Shown: positions 1 to 8,503 of the stretch, piece after piece
Layout: each line of letters starts with the position of its first letter
Position numbering within the stretch: the stretch's first letter is position 1
Assembly (NCBI GenBank): GCA_963740085.1
Contig: CAVUCU010000001.1
Location: forward strand, 992,001-1,056,000
Direction: 5' to 3'
Length of the DNA stretch: 64,000 bases
Origin: Nitrospirota bacterium
Lineage (GTDB): Bacteria > Nitrospirota > UBA9217
Made by a program: the position numbers and the translations under genes
The notes under the pieces: generated by a model
What the model was told of the DNA's origin: nothing
Databases searched by the model: none
What the model saw: only the letters and a program-made list of their open reading frames with translations

Positions 1-437
1 AGGCCGATCGAATGGGCGGCCTTGGTCTTGTGCTCGAGCAGATTGCGGATCCCGGCCGCCGTGATCGTGAAGATATTCTGGACCTCCACGCCCAGTTCAT
101 CGAGCTTTTTGATGCCGCTGTTCGTGATGCCGACGGAAATGACCCGCTTGGGGCTGAAATGGTCCTTCAAAAGAGCGGCGACCTCCAGGCTGATCTTTTC
201 CTTGGTCGTCGAGATGATCACGCAGTCGGCATCATCGACCCCGGCCTCCTCGAGGACGAGCCGGCTGGTCGCATCTCCCTGGATCACCCGTACGCCGTCA
301 CCGCGGATCTTTTTCGCCTTTTCTTCCGCCCCGGGCGCGTTGTCGATGCACAGGATGTCGATCTCCTTGGGAAGCATCTCCAGCAGGCCTGCCCCTACAT
401 TGCCGACACCCACTATGACGAATTTATTCCGCTTCAT
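1..437 (-). CDS. TrkA-N (RCK_N) NAD-binding domain protein, truncated by window edge
   Basis: Own translation (absent from ORF track): MKRNKFVIVGVGNVGAGLL..CID..VIQGDATSRLVLEEAGVDDADCVIISTT. GxGxxG Rossmann motif plus GDAT..L..AG RCK signature. GGAGG RBS upstream. Confidence 0.85.
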   Translation of the reverse strand, partial: MKRNKFVIVGVGNVGAGLLEMLPKEIDILCIDNAPGAEEKAKKIRGDGVRVIQGDATSRLVLEEAGVDDADCVIISTTKEKISLEVAALLKDHFSPKRVISVGITNSGIKKLDELGVEVQNIFTITAAGIRNLLEHKTKAAHSIG

Positions 438-540
438 CCGGCGCCCGATGCCTCCTGTCCGATCAAATCTGCTTCAGAGCCTCTTTGGCAAAGTATAGTG
501 GAAATCACGGTCATTTTCAACTTTTCCGGGTTTTTTCCTG

Positions 541-569
541 TTGCTATTCATCGGCAGAGTCAATATAAT
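541..569 (+). promoter_or_regulatory. sigma70 promoter for namZ, probably leaderless
   Basis: TTGCTA-17 bp-TATAAT. ATG follows 5 nt after the -10 and there is no SD. Confidence 0.6.
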
Positions 570-574
570 CTGGC

Positions 575-1759
575 ATGCCGACACAGCCGAAAAGGGTTCT
601 GACCGGACTCGACCTCATCGAGAAGCGCTGGCCCAAAGACCTGCTCCGCGCGCGAGTGGGCCTCGTGGTGCATCCCGCCTCGGTAAACAGCAGGATGGAG
701 CACGCGGTCACCGTCTGCATGAGATCAAAAAAGTTCAAGCTCGCTGCCCTCTTCGGGCCGCAGCACGGCATCCTCGGTCAGACGCAGGACAATATGGTCG
801 AGTGGGAAGGTTTCCGCGATCCAGCAACGGGCCTGCCGGTCTACAGCCTTTACGGAAAGGCCCGCAAACCGCGGCCCGAGATGCTCTCGAACATTGATGC
901 GCTGGTAATAGACCTGCAGGACGTGGGCAGCCGCTACTACACCTTCATCTGGACAATGGAACTCTGCATGCAGGCCTGCCGCGAAGCGGGCAAAACGATC
1001 GTCGTGCTCGACCGCCCGAATCCCCTGGCCGGCCATCTCACCGAAGGGCCGGTGCTCAACCCCGAATACGCATCGTTCGTCGGGCTGCGGCCGCTGCCGG
1101 TGCGGCATGGCATGACCATCGGCGAGATCAGCGCATACCTTCGTGACAGCTTCCATCCCGGGCTCGATCTTTATGTCATCAAGATGCAGGGATGGAAACG
1201 GAAGCTGTGGTTCGATCAGACGCGCCTGCCCTGGGTCATGCCTTCTCCCAATATGCCGACACTCGATACCGCGCTCGTCTATCCCGGCATGTGCCTCTTC
1301 GAGGCCACGAACATCTCGGAAGGCCGCGGAACGACACGGCCGTTCGAACTCTTCGGCGCGCCGTTCATCCATCCGGACACCATAGTGACCGCGCTCAATA
1401 AATTCAAGCTGCCCGGCGTGCTGTTCCGGCCGATCTCGTTCCAGCCCGCGTTCCAGAAACACGCGGGCCTGCTCTGCGGCGGCGCGCAGATCCATGTTGT
1501 TGACCGCGAGAAGTTCCAGCCGTTCAAGGCCGGCGTGGCGATCCTGAAAGCGATGCACGACACCTACCGGCGCGACTTTACGTGGAAACAGCCTCCTTAC
1601 GAGTACGAGGAGGTCAAACTCCCGATCGACATCCTTGCCGGGACCGACCGGCTGCGAAAGGACATCGAGTCAGGGAAGAGCCTTGATAAAATGGAAAAGT
1701 GGTGGAAAGAAGAGACGAAGTCGTTCGAGAAGATAAGAAAGAAGCACCTGCTGTACTGA
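575..1759 (+). CDS. namZ: Exo-beta-N-acetylmuramidase NamZ (DUF1343/YbbC family)
   Basis: Motifs LFGPQHG, PVYSLYG, DLQDVGSRYYTF, VLDRPNP, RHGMTIGE, PSPNMPT, SEGRGTTRPFE. Confidence 0.9.
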   Translation: MPTQPKRVLTGLDLIEKRWPKDLLRARVGLVVHPASVNSRMEHAVTVCMRSKKFKLAALFGPQHGILGQTQDNMVEWEGFRDPATGLPVYSLYGKARKPRPEMLSNIDALVIDLQDVGSRYYTFIWTMELCMQACREAGKTIVVLDRPNPLAGHLTEGPVLNPEYASFVGLRPLPVRHGMTIGEISAYLRDSFHPGLDLYVIKMQGWKRKLWFDQTRLPWVMPSPNMPTLDTALVYPGMCLFEATNISEGRGTTRPFELFGAPFIHPDTIVTALNKFKLPGVLFRPISFQPAFQKHAGLLCGGAQIHVVDREKFQPFKAGVAILKAMHDTYRRDFTWKQPPYEYEEVKLPIDILAGTDRLRKDIESGKSLDKMEKWWKEETKSFEKIRKKHLLY

Positions 1760-1846
1760 TAGCGCCGGGAAAACGCGCGCGTCAGCCGGCCGGGGATCGC
1801 ACCCGAAGGTCCGGGTTGAACGCTGTGTGAGGGTCCGTTATTAGTA

Positions 1847-3100
1847 TCAGCCTTTTAGAAAATGTCCATAATGCAGCGTCTGGTCCACAATGTGGGATTT
1901 TATCCTGCTGATCTGCATGTTCTCCCGGATCAGATATCGATACATCCCGGCGCCGGTAATATCGCCGATAAACAGCACGCCGACGAGCCGTTCACCATCA
2001 GGGCTGAACACCACCTTACGATAGGTTGATCCGGCGGCACTGACGTGCACTTCATAATCACTCCCTTTGGTATGAACCGTGCCCATCGAGACAAAAGGCT
2101 CGTCAGCCACCTGTGTAGCATTCATGATCCCGAATGTGCCTGCATAGGCGGTCTTTGCGCCTGCCATGTTATTGCCGGCGCATCTGCCCATCTCGACCGC
2201 GTTCGTCCAGAGTGCGGTCATGATCCTGTTTCCCGTCACCGGATCGAATGTTACCGCCACATCGCCGGCGGCAAAGGTATGCGGATCATTACAGGTCGTA
2301 TATCTGTCCACAACGATGCCCTTGTCTATCGCTATTGCGCTTCGGGACAGGAACTTGATATTCGGCCTCACCCCTTTTCCTATGCATACCATCTGGCAAG
2401 GCATCTCCGACCCGTCGTCAAGGGAAACTCCGGTAACGCCGCTCTTATCTGAAATAATGCTTTTGGCACTGCGGCCGGTCATTATCTTCAGTCCTGCTTT
2501 ATCGAGGGCATGACGGATCAATCCGGCATCCTTGGGTTCCATAAGCTGAGAAAGGACCTCGGGAGAGAAAACCACCAGCGTGACCTTGACTCCCAGTTCC
2601 AGAAGGGCGAAAGCGGCCTTGAGATTGAGCAATCCTCCTCCCAGCATTACCGCATGGTCCGTGCTTTCCGCCCTCTTTGCCATGGCCCTGGCATCGCTCA
2701 ATTTCCGCAGGGCAAAAACGCCGTTTGCATCCGTTCCCTTTATCTCCGGGGGAATATAGGGACTGCTGCCGGTCGCAAAAAGAAGCTTGTCATAAGATAC
2801 CTGGCCCTTGCCGATGATGCTCACCGACCTCCGCGAGGTGTCCACTGAATCGACTCTTGCTCCCGTGCGGACCTCGATGCCTGCGCCCGTATAGGGTCCA
2901 TGACCCGATAGCCCTATGCCCTCCGCCTTCTTTTTGCCGGTCACGACATAGGGTATCATGGGCCGGAAATACGGCATATCCGGCTCTTCCGACAAGACCG
3001 AGATAGTGCCTTTCGGGTCCTTCTCCCTTATAGCCTGGGCCGCTGCCATCCCTGCAGCGCTGCCGCCTATGATCAGGTAATCCGCATAGTCGCTTTTCAT
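1847..3100 (-). CDS. FAD-dependent pyridine nucleotide-disulfide oxidoreductase (FNOR) of the coo operon
   Basis: GGSAAG FAD motif, ATGS, GGGLL NAD motif, FAAGD. Third gene after cooS-cooF. Confidence 0.85.
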   Translation of the reverse strand: MKSDYADYLIIGGSAAGMAAAQAIREKDPKGTISVLSEEPDMPYFRPMIPYVVTGKKKAEGIGLSGHGPYTGAGIEVRTGARVDSVDTSRRSVSIIGKGQVSYDKLLFATGSSPYIPPEIKGTDANGVFALRKLSDARAMAKRAESTDHAVMLGGGLLNLKAAFALLELGVKVTLVVFSPEVLSQLMEPKDAGLIRHALDKAGLKIMTGRSAKSIISDKSGVTGVSLDDGSEMPCQMVCIGKGVRPNIKFLSRSAIAIDKGIVVDRYTTCNDPHTFAAGDVAVTFDPVTGNRIMTALWTNAVEMGRCAGNNMAGAKTAYAGTFGIMNATQVADEPFVSMGTVHTKGSDYEVHVSAAGSTYRKVVFSPDGERLVGVLFIGDITGAGMYRYLIRENMQISRIKSHIVDQTLHYGHFLKG

Positions 3101-3125
3101 AGTACTCCCCTTCGTAGTGTCAATG

Positions 3126-3235
3126 TTTTCCGGCAGTGACGCAGAGACGCAGGGAATTCATTCTTCCAGAATTAATACCTTTACGGTCTCGCCCCATGTT
3201 CCGCTCTCTCCGCGCCTCAGCGCCTCCGCGCGAGT
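3126..3235. repeat. Intergenic imperfect palindrome of ~9-bp units (CGCAGAGAC type)
   Basis: GCAGTGACGCAGAGACGCAGGGA ... TCTCCGCGCCTCAGCGCCTCCGCGCGAG. Near-identical right arm in 3798-3918. Confidence 0.75.
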
Positions 3236-3264
3236 GCCAGGAGTGGTCAAGTTTTGTTTCGACG

Positions 3265-3762
3265 TTACTCCGCGCGCATTTTGGAAGCAGCGTCTTTTCT
3301 GACATCTTTGGAGAATGACTCAACGGTCCGGTAAACCAGCGCCTTGGTTGGACATGAACTGACGCAGGCCGGGGTCTCCCTGTCCGGACACCGGTCGCAC
3401 CGGTATGACTTGTGCGTCTCCATGTGACGGCCGATGACCCCGTACGGGCAGACCATGACGCAGGTCCAGCATCCTATGCATTTATCGGTGTCCGTGAGAA
3501 CGACCCCTTCCTTGTTTCGGCTGATCGCCCCGCTTATGCAGGCATGCATGCAGGGCGCGTCCTCGCATTGACGGCATACGATCGGCACGTTTATATCGGG
3601 AGCCACCCACTCTACATAGAGTCTGGGTTTGGAGACAGGTTTCTCCATCAACGCGCCATACAGGTTCTTGCTTTTGGAATGCTCAACCGCGCAGGAGATC
3701 TCGCATGTTTTGCATGCGGTACATTTGCTGGTATTGACAAATATCTCTTTTGGCTCATGCAT
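3265..3762 (-). CDS. cooF: CooF-like 4x[4Fe-4S] electron transfer protein
   Basis: CTACKTC..C, CRQCEDAPCMHAC, CIGCWTCVMVCP, CDRC..PACVSSCP. Directly downstream of cooS. Confidence 0.9.
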   Translation of the reverse strand: MHEPKEIFVNTSKCTACKTCEISCAVEHSKSKNLYGALMEKPVSKPRLYVEWVAPDINVPIVCRQCEDAPCMHACISGAISRNKEGVVLTDTDKCIGCWTCVMVCPYGVIGRHMETHKSYRCDRCPDRETPACVSSCPTKALVYRTVESFSKDVRKDAASKMRAE

Positions 3763-3797
3763 GGCATACTCCTTTGTTAAGGTTTTAATAAAATCTT

Positions 3798-3918
3798 GTT
3801 TCCCGCAGAGACGCAGGGTCGCAGGGAAGTCTTAAATTAACACCGCAGTTTATCCTGCGTTTCATTAAACCTTCTCCTCATTTTCCGCTCTCCCTGCGCC
3901 TCAGCGCCTCCGCGCGAG
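3798..3918. repeat. Intergenic imperfect palindrome of ~9-bp units, second copy
   Basis: CGCAGAGACGCAGGGTCGCAGGGA ... TCCCTGCGCCTCAGCGCCTCCGCGCGAG. Confidence 0.75.
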
Positions 3919-5832
3919 TTAAATTCCCAGGCCTCTCCGGCGATCATCGATCGCAACCAAAAGTTTATCAGCCGCCGACAAAGGATCCAGGTCAACAATG
4001 AAATGCCCGCCGGTAAGTCCCTTCACCTTGTCAGTCAGGATCTCAGTGACCGCCGGGCTTCCGAGAACGGGCAGCATGACCCCGACATGGGTGGGCAGTC
4101 CGGCGGCAACGGCATAGACGCCGATGGATACGGCTTTTTCGGATACCGCCTCAGCTGCGGACGCGACAACGGGCAGTTTGTCGGTATCCACGCCCAGGTA
4201 ATTGGCAAGGGCAACCACGATCGCCACGGCGCGCGAGTTGTCAACGCAGGACCCCAGATGCAGGACAGGAGGAAGCGGGCCGCCCAGTCCGTTTGCATGG
4301 CCTACGGCGGTAAGAACAGCCTTCAGTCCACTACCGCACAACCGGTCGGTATTGGCCGGGTCCATGAAACCGTGTCTCATTAACGCGCCTGCCCCGCATC
4401 CGGTTGCCACGACAAGAACGTTTTCCTTGAGCAGTTTCTCTGCCATGATCTTGAAGTTCCTGTCCTGCGGCACCTTGACGTTATTGCAACCGGCAAACAG
4501 GCATACTCCCCGGATGTTGCCGTTCTTGATATTATCGACGAGCGGCTTCAACGGGTCTTTGGCATCGACCTTTGCAAGCGCCGCGACGATCGATTCCGTC
4601 GAGAAGCCTGCCACGACAGTGCTTTCGACGTTCGGGATGTCCACCGGCTTGCCTTTTCTTTTTTTGAAGCCTTCAACGGCAGATCTCACGACCTCTTTGG
4701 CCTTTTCCGCGGCAGCCTCTTCCGTAAATTCGATGTGCTCGGCGCCGGTGATCTTGCAAAGGTCCATGGTCGTGATGACTTTCGAGCCCATGCATTCCGC
4801 AACGGTCACGAGAGAAGGCATGATGCATTGATAGTCGACCACGATCGCATCGACGGCACCGGTCAGAAGGGCCATCTCCTGACTTACGGAATGCGTGCAG
4901 GCAGGAATGGCATGCCGTTCCATGAGTTCATTTCCCGTGCAGCATATGCCCACGACATTTACACCTGTGGCCCCGGCAGCAACAGCTTCCTGCTTCATAC
5001 TGTCGGCTACCTTCACGATCATCTCGGAAAGCACCGGGTTATGACCGTGGGCGGCGATATTGACCATGTCCGCTTTCAGCGTTCCCATATTGGCCTTTGA
5101 TACTACGGGCGTGGGCGTTCCGAACAGTATGTCCGCAAGGTCGGTGCCCATATAGCATCCGGCCAGGTCCGCGACTCCGCACCTGATGCCGGCGAGAAGT
5201 AAATTCACCGCGTCGGAATCCACCCCATACAGTGTACGATGCATGATCTCCGAAACCTCAGAGTCTATGCCCTTCGGCACGGCCCCTATCGCGGAGAGGG
5301 CCTTTACGCGGCCCGCGGTCACCACGGATGCCGCCCAGAGCACCGGGGTATCCTTCTCGCCAAAGTCAGCCAGGGCGGCAGTTGCCACATCTTTTGCGAT
5401 CTCCATGTCCTTCCTTCCATCAACAGAAAGGCCGAGACGGGTTGCAACTGCCTTCAGCTTTGCAGGGTCCGTTATTTTGTAATCAGGCGCCTTGCCCTTG
5501 ACCATCTTCATCATGGTGTGCGCAAGGTGTTTGGCGTGCCCGGAGTGGGCGGCTGTGCCCGCGGCAATTGCCCTGTCGAGCCACCGGGCAACCATAACAT
5601 CGGCAGTACAGCCGCATATGCCCGTTTTCGGCTCCTCCCCGAAAGGATTAATCCTGCACGGCCCCTGGAGGCAATTTCGGCAGCAAAGCCCCGTATCGCC
5701 AAAGCCGCATTGCGGGGTCATGGCCGCGTACCTGTCCCATACCGTTTTGATACCCTTGTCCTCCGCTTTCGCGATCATCTGCTGAACAGCAGGATCAAGG
5801 CTCTTGCTCTCAAATGACTTGTCAGCTGACAT
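3919..5832 (-). CDS. cooS: Anaerobic Ni,Fe carbon monoxide dehydrogenase catalytic subunit
   Basis: QCGFGDTGLCCRNCLQGPC (D/B clusters), AAHSGH, HGHNP, ICCTGNE, DYQC, GCNN, TGCG, GSCVDN, SEKA. Start reset to ATG 5832 behind AAGGAGG. Confidence 0.95.
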   Translation of the reverse strand: MSADKSFESKSLDPAVQQMIAKAEDKGIKTVWDRYAAMTPQCGFGDTGLCCRNCLQGPCRINPFGEEPKTGICGCTADVMVARWLDRAIAAGTAAHSGHAKHLAHTMMKMVKGKAPDYKITDPAKLKAVATRLGLSVDGRKDMEIAKDVATAALADFGEKDTPVLWAASVVTAGRVKALSAIGAVPKGIDSEVSEIMHRTLYGVDSDAVNLLLAGIRCGVADLAGCYMGTDLADILFGTPTPVVSKANMGTLKADMVNIAAHGHNPVLSEMIVKVADSMKQEAVAAGATGVNVVGICCTGNELMERHAIPACTHSVSQEMALLTGAVDAIVVDYQCIMPSLVTVAECMGSKVITTMDLCKITGAEHIEFTEEAAAEKAKEVVRSAVEGFKKRKGKPVDIPNVESTVVAGFSTESIVAALAKVDAKDPLKPLVDNIKNGNIRGVCLFAGCNNVKVPQDRNFKIMAEKLLKENVLVVATGCGAGALMRHGFMDPANTDRLCGSGLKAVLTAVGHANGLGGPLPPVLHLGSCVDNSRAVAIVVALANYLGVDTDKLPVVASAAEAVSEKAVSIGVYAVAAGLPTHVGVMLPVLGSPAVTEILTDKVKGLTGGHFIVDLDPLSAADKLLVAIDDRRRGLGI

Positions 5833-5994
5833 AATGACCTCCTTTTTGTTTTTTAGACATATTTGGCATTTACAAAGCGACTTCCAAAGCAAAAAAATGA
5901 ATAGAGCACCGTAAGAACCAACGTCGCAAAAGTTGCCCTTATCTTGGTCCGGCCCGGCTACGAAGCGAAATGCTTCGTTAAGTGAAATAAAATC

Positions 5995-7758
5995 TTAGTA
6001 ATATTTCACCAATACAATGCTGGAGCCAACGTTCGTCCCCGTTGCGGTTATGCTGTTGCCGAAGTTAAATGTGCCGGTTCCGGTGATACCTCCTGCAGCA
6101 TACACTGAGCCGTCTGATGCCGCGAATACACTATTAAAGTCTGAGTCATCACTCCCTGCAGTCATGGTTTGGGCCCACTGCGCCGCGCCGGAGCTGCTGT
6201 ATTTCACCAGGACAATGTTTTCGCCACTTGACGACCCTGCGGCAGTTACGCCGTTGCCGAGGCCATAGGTTCCGGTTCCAATAATACCTCCCGCTGCATA
6301 TACCGAGTCGTCTGGTGCCGCGGACAGGCTATAAAAGGTTGATCTATCACTCCCCGCGATCATAGTTCGGGCCCACTGCGCCACGCCGGAGCTGCTGTAT
6401 TTCACCAGGACAATGTTAGCGTCAGTGTATGTCCCCGCGGAGGTTACGCTGTTGCCGAAGTCATAAGTGCCAGTTCCAATAACACCTCCCGCTGCGTATA
6501 CTGAGCCGTCTGCTGTCGCGGACACGCTATGAAAGAATGATACATCACTCCCCGCGGTCATAGTTCGAGCCCACTGCGCCACGCCGGAGCTGCTGTATTT
6601 CACCAGGACAATGTTAGCGCCAGTGTATGTCCCCGCGGAGGTTACACCGTTGCCGAAGTCATAAGTGCCAGTTCCAATAACACCTCCCGCTGCGTATACT
6701 GAGCCGTCTGCTGTCGCGGACACGCTATGAAAGAATGATACATCACTCCCCGCAATCATAGTTCGAGCCCACTGCGCCTCACCGGAACTGTTGTATTTCA
6801 CCAGCAAGACGTTATCATAACTGGCCACCCCTGCGGCGGTTACGCTGTTACCAAAATCATAGGTGCCGGTTCCGGCGATCCGTCCCGCAGCATATACCGA
6901 GCCGTCTGCTGCCACGGATACGCTATTAAGTTCTGATTCATCACTCCCCGCAGTCATGGTACGGGCCCACTGCACTACGCCGGAGCTGCTGTATTTCACC
7001 AGGACAGTGTTAGCGCCAGTGTAGGTCCCCGCGGAGGTTACACTGTTTCCAAAGTCGTAGGTTTCTGTTCCGGTGATCCGTCCTGCAGCATATACCGAGC
7101 CGTCTGCTGCCACGGATACGCTGTAAAATTCTGAATAATCACCCCCCGCGGTCACGGTCCGTGCCCACTGCGCTACGCCGGAGCTGGTGTATTTCACCAG
7201 GACAGTGTTAGCGCCAGTGTATGTCCCCCCGGAGGTTACACTGTTGCCGAAATCATAGGCGCCGGCTCCAGATATATATCCCGCGGCATACACCGAGCCG
7301 TCCGATGCCATGGCTACGCTATTGAAGTATGAGTCACTGCCCGCAGTCACGGTCCGGGCCCACTGCGGCGGTAATGCTCCGGCCCTTACGGTCACTAAGT
7401 AGTTCTGAGTTGATCCATCGGCTGCAGTTACCGTATAAATCACCGGACTTGTGAAATCACTTGAAGTAACTCCGCTCGTTTGAATAGTGCCTCCAACCGT
7501 CACAGATCTGCCCGTTGTTGTAAAATTCGCCACGAGCCCGGCGACATTCGTGCCGGAGGGTACATTCACTAATATAGTATTTGCGGATTGACCTATCGAT
7601 CCTGTCGCCGCCGGACTTGTGAACGAGAATGCGGTAATGGATTTTTCGCTTGAAAGAGGCGCGCTGCCGCCGCCCCCTCCGCCACAGGATATAAGATTTA
7701 TGGCAAAAATAATCCCGGAAAGACCTAGAACTATCTCCGCAAATATGTTCCGTTTCAT
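5995..7758 (-). CDS. Surface lipoprotein: lipobox, Gly linker, Ig-like (DUF5018-like) domain, 7-blade beta-propeller
   Basis: LISC-GGGGGG. SEKSITAFSF..YTVTAADGSTQNYLVTV. Seven ~66-aa repeats QWART..SV..DGSVYAAG..DFGN..VLVKY. AAGGAGG RBS before ATG 7758. Confidence 0.8.
   Translation of the reverse strand: MKRNIFAEIVLGLSGIIFAINLISCGGGGGGSAPLSSEKSITAFSFTSPAATGSIGQSANTILVNVPSGTNVAGLVANFTTTGRSVTVGGTIQTSGVTSSDFTSPVIYTVTAADGSTQNYLVTVRAGALPPQWARTVTAGSDSYFNSVAMASDGSVYAAGYISGAGAYDFGNSVTSGGTYTGANTVLVKYTSSGVAQWARTVTAGGDYSEFYSVSVAADGSVYAAGRITGTETYDFGNSVTSAGTYTGANTVLVKYSSSGVVQWARTMTAGSDESELNSVSVAADGSVYAAGRIAGTGTYDFGNSVTAAGVASYDNVLLVKYNSSGEAQWARTMIAGSDVSFFHSVSATADGSVYAAGGVIGTGTYDFGNGVTSAGTYTGANIVLVKYSSSGVAQWARTMTAGSDVSFFHSVSATADGSVYAAGGVIGTGTYDFGNSVTSAGTYTDANIVLVKYSSSGVAQWARTMIAGSDRSTFYSLSAAPDDSVYAAGGIIGTGTYGLGNGVTAAGSSSGENIVLVKYSSSGAAQWAQTMTAGSDDSDFNSVFAASDGSVYAAGGITGTGTFNFGNSITATGTNVGSSIVLVKYY
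5998..7365 (-). repeat. Seven intragenic ~198-bp tandem repeats (propeller blades)
   Basis: Blades align at DNA level. Blades 4 and 5 differ at only about three residues. Confidence 0.9.
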
Positions 7759-7794
7759 AACTGCCTCCTTTGACAGGGAACGTTCAAATCCAAT

Positions 7795-7832
7795 AAGAAA
7801 AGGCCGAAAATACCAACGGTTCTCCTTTCGGC
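7795..7832 (-). terminator. Intrinsic terminator in the lipoprotein leader, overlapping the riboswitch 3' end
   Basis: Minus strand GCCGAAA-GGAGAACCGTTGGTAT-TTTCGGC-CTTTTCTT. Confidence 0.55.
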
Positions 7833-7903
7833 AGCTAAACCATCTCATACCTGTAAGACCCGCAGCACAACAGACCTCCTCTCGAAAGTTTGGCTTATCA
7901 AAA
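7826..7903 (-). ncRNA. Variant/degenerate GEMM-I (c-di-GMP-I / c-AMP-GMP) riboswitch
   Basis: GATAAGCCAAACTTTC-GAGA-GGAGG..GCTGCGGGTCT..GAGATGGTTTAGCTGCCGAA follows the GEMM-I layout (AAAC, GNRA-capped stem, GGGTCT..AGA stem, TGCCGAA end). The GACG(C/G)AAA junction is altered. Confidence 0.55.
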
Positions 7904-8066
7904 ATTACTTAAATACAAGCATCAATATAAAGAATTGTCAATATTTTAAATCATGCATTAACTTCTACGGGATGTTGTTTCTATCTGTGCTCTCTGAGCT
8001 TTTCTTGTTTTAATAAAGTCGAAGAATAAATGTTGCGTCAGGAAGATTGAACGCGACTGGCCCACT

Positions 8067-8437
8067 CTATACCTCTTCAGCATGCAGCCACTCCACTGCG
8101 GTCTTTCGGTCGTAAAACGGTTGTGACTGGATACCGGCATACTCAAGCAACATGCCCAGTTGCCGCGCTCTGCCGTAACGAACGGTTTGTGCCACTACTA
8201 TCGCTATACGGGACCCCAGCTTCTTTCTCCCTCCGCTGAGAATCGATGAAATCTGTTCAATCACTTCAAGGGGCGGGATCTCCTCCGAATCCGTCACGTT
8301 TATCAGCACAAGCGAATTGGAAGGAAGGTGCTCATCTTCAATCATCAGGCGAAATCCAGTAGCAGCTCGTCGATCGAAAAATGAACAGCCACTAGTATCT
8401 CTACGATGTCACCGTCAATGCGATGCAGAATTCCCAT
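8067..8437 (-). pseudogene. SpoIIAA/STAS-like small protein with a -1 frameshift near 8362
   Basis: MGILHRIDGDIVEILVAVHFSIDEL joins, in another frame, ATGFRLMIEDEHL..RIAIVV..FYDRKTAVEWL. 371 bp (one base short). Confidence 0.6.
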
Positions 8438-8503
8438 GCCTTACCCTTTCAGAATAACGTCGCCAGGTTTCCGTCTGTCAACAGAGGACCTTCAGTGCCG
8501 ACC

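Noticed and set aside
12-602. Plus-strand ORFs of 196 and 158 aa
   Set aside because: Antisense shadows of the minus-strand TrkA-N gene
5833-5994. CooA/CRP-type site upstream of cooS
   Set aside because: No TGTCA-N6-CGACA-like palindrome found
5998-7365. Diversity-generating retroelement template/variable repeats
   Set aside because: All repeats are in-frame blades, there is no non-coding template copy, and no reverse transcriptase is in the window
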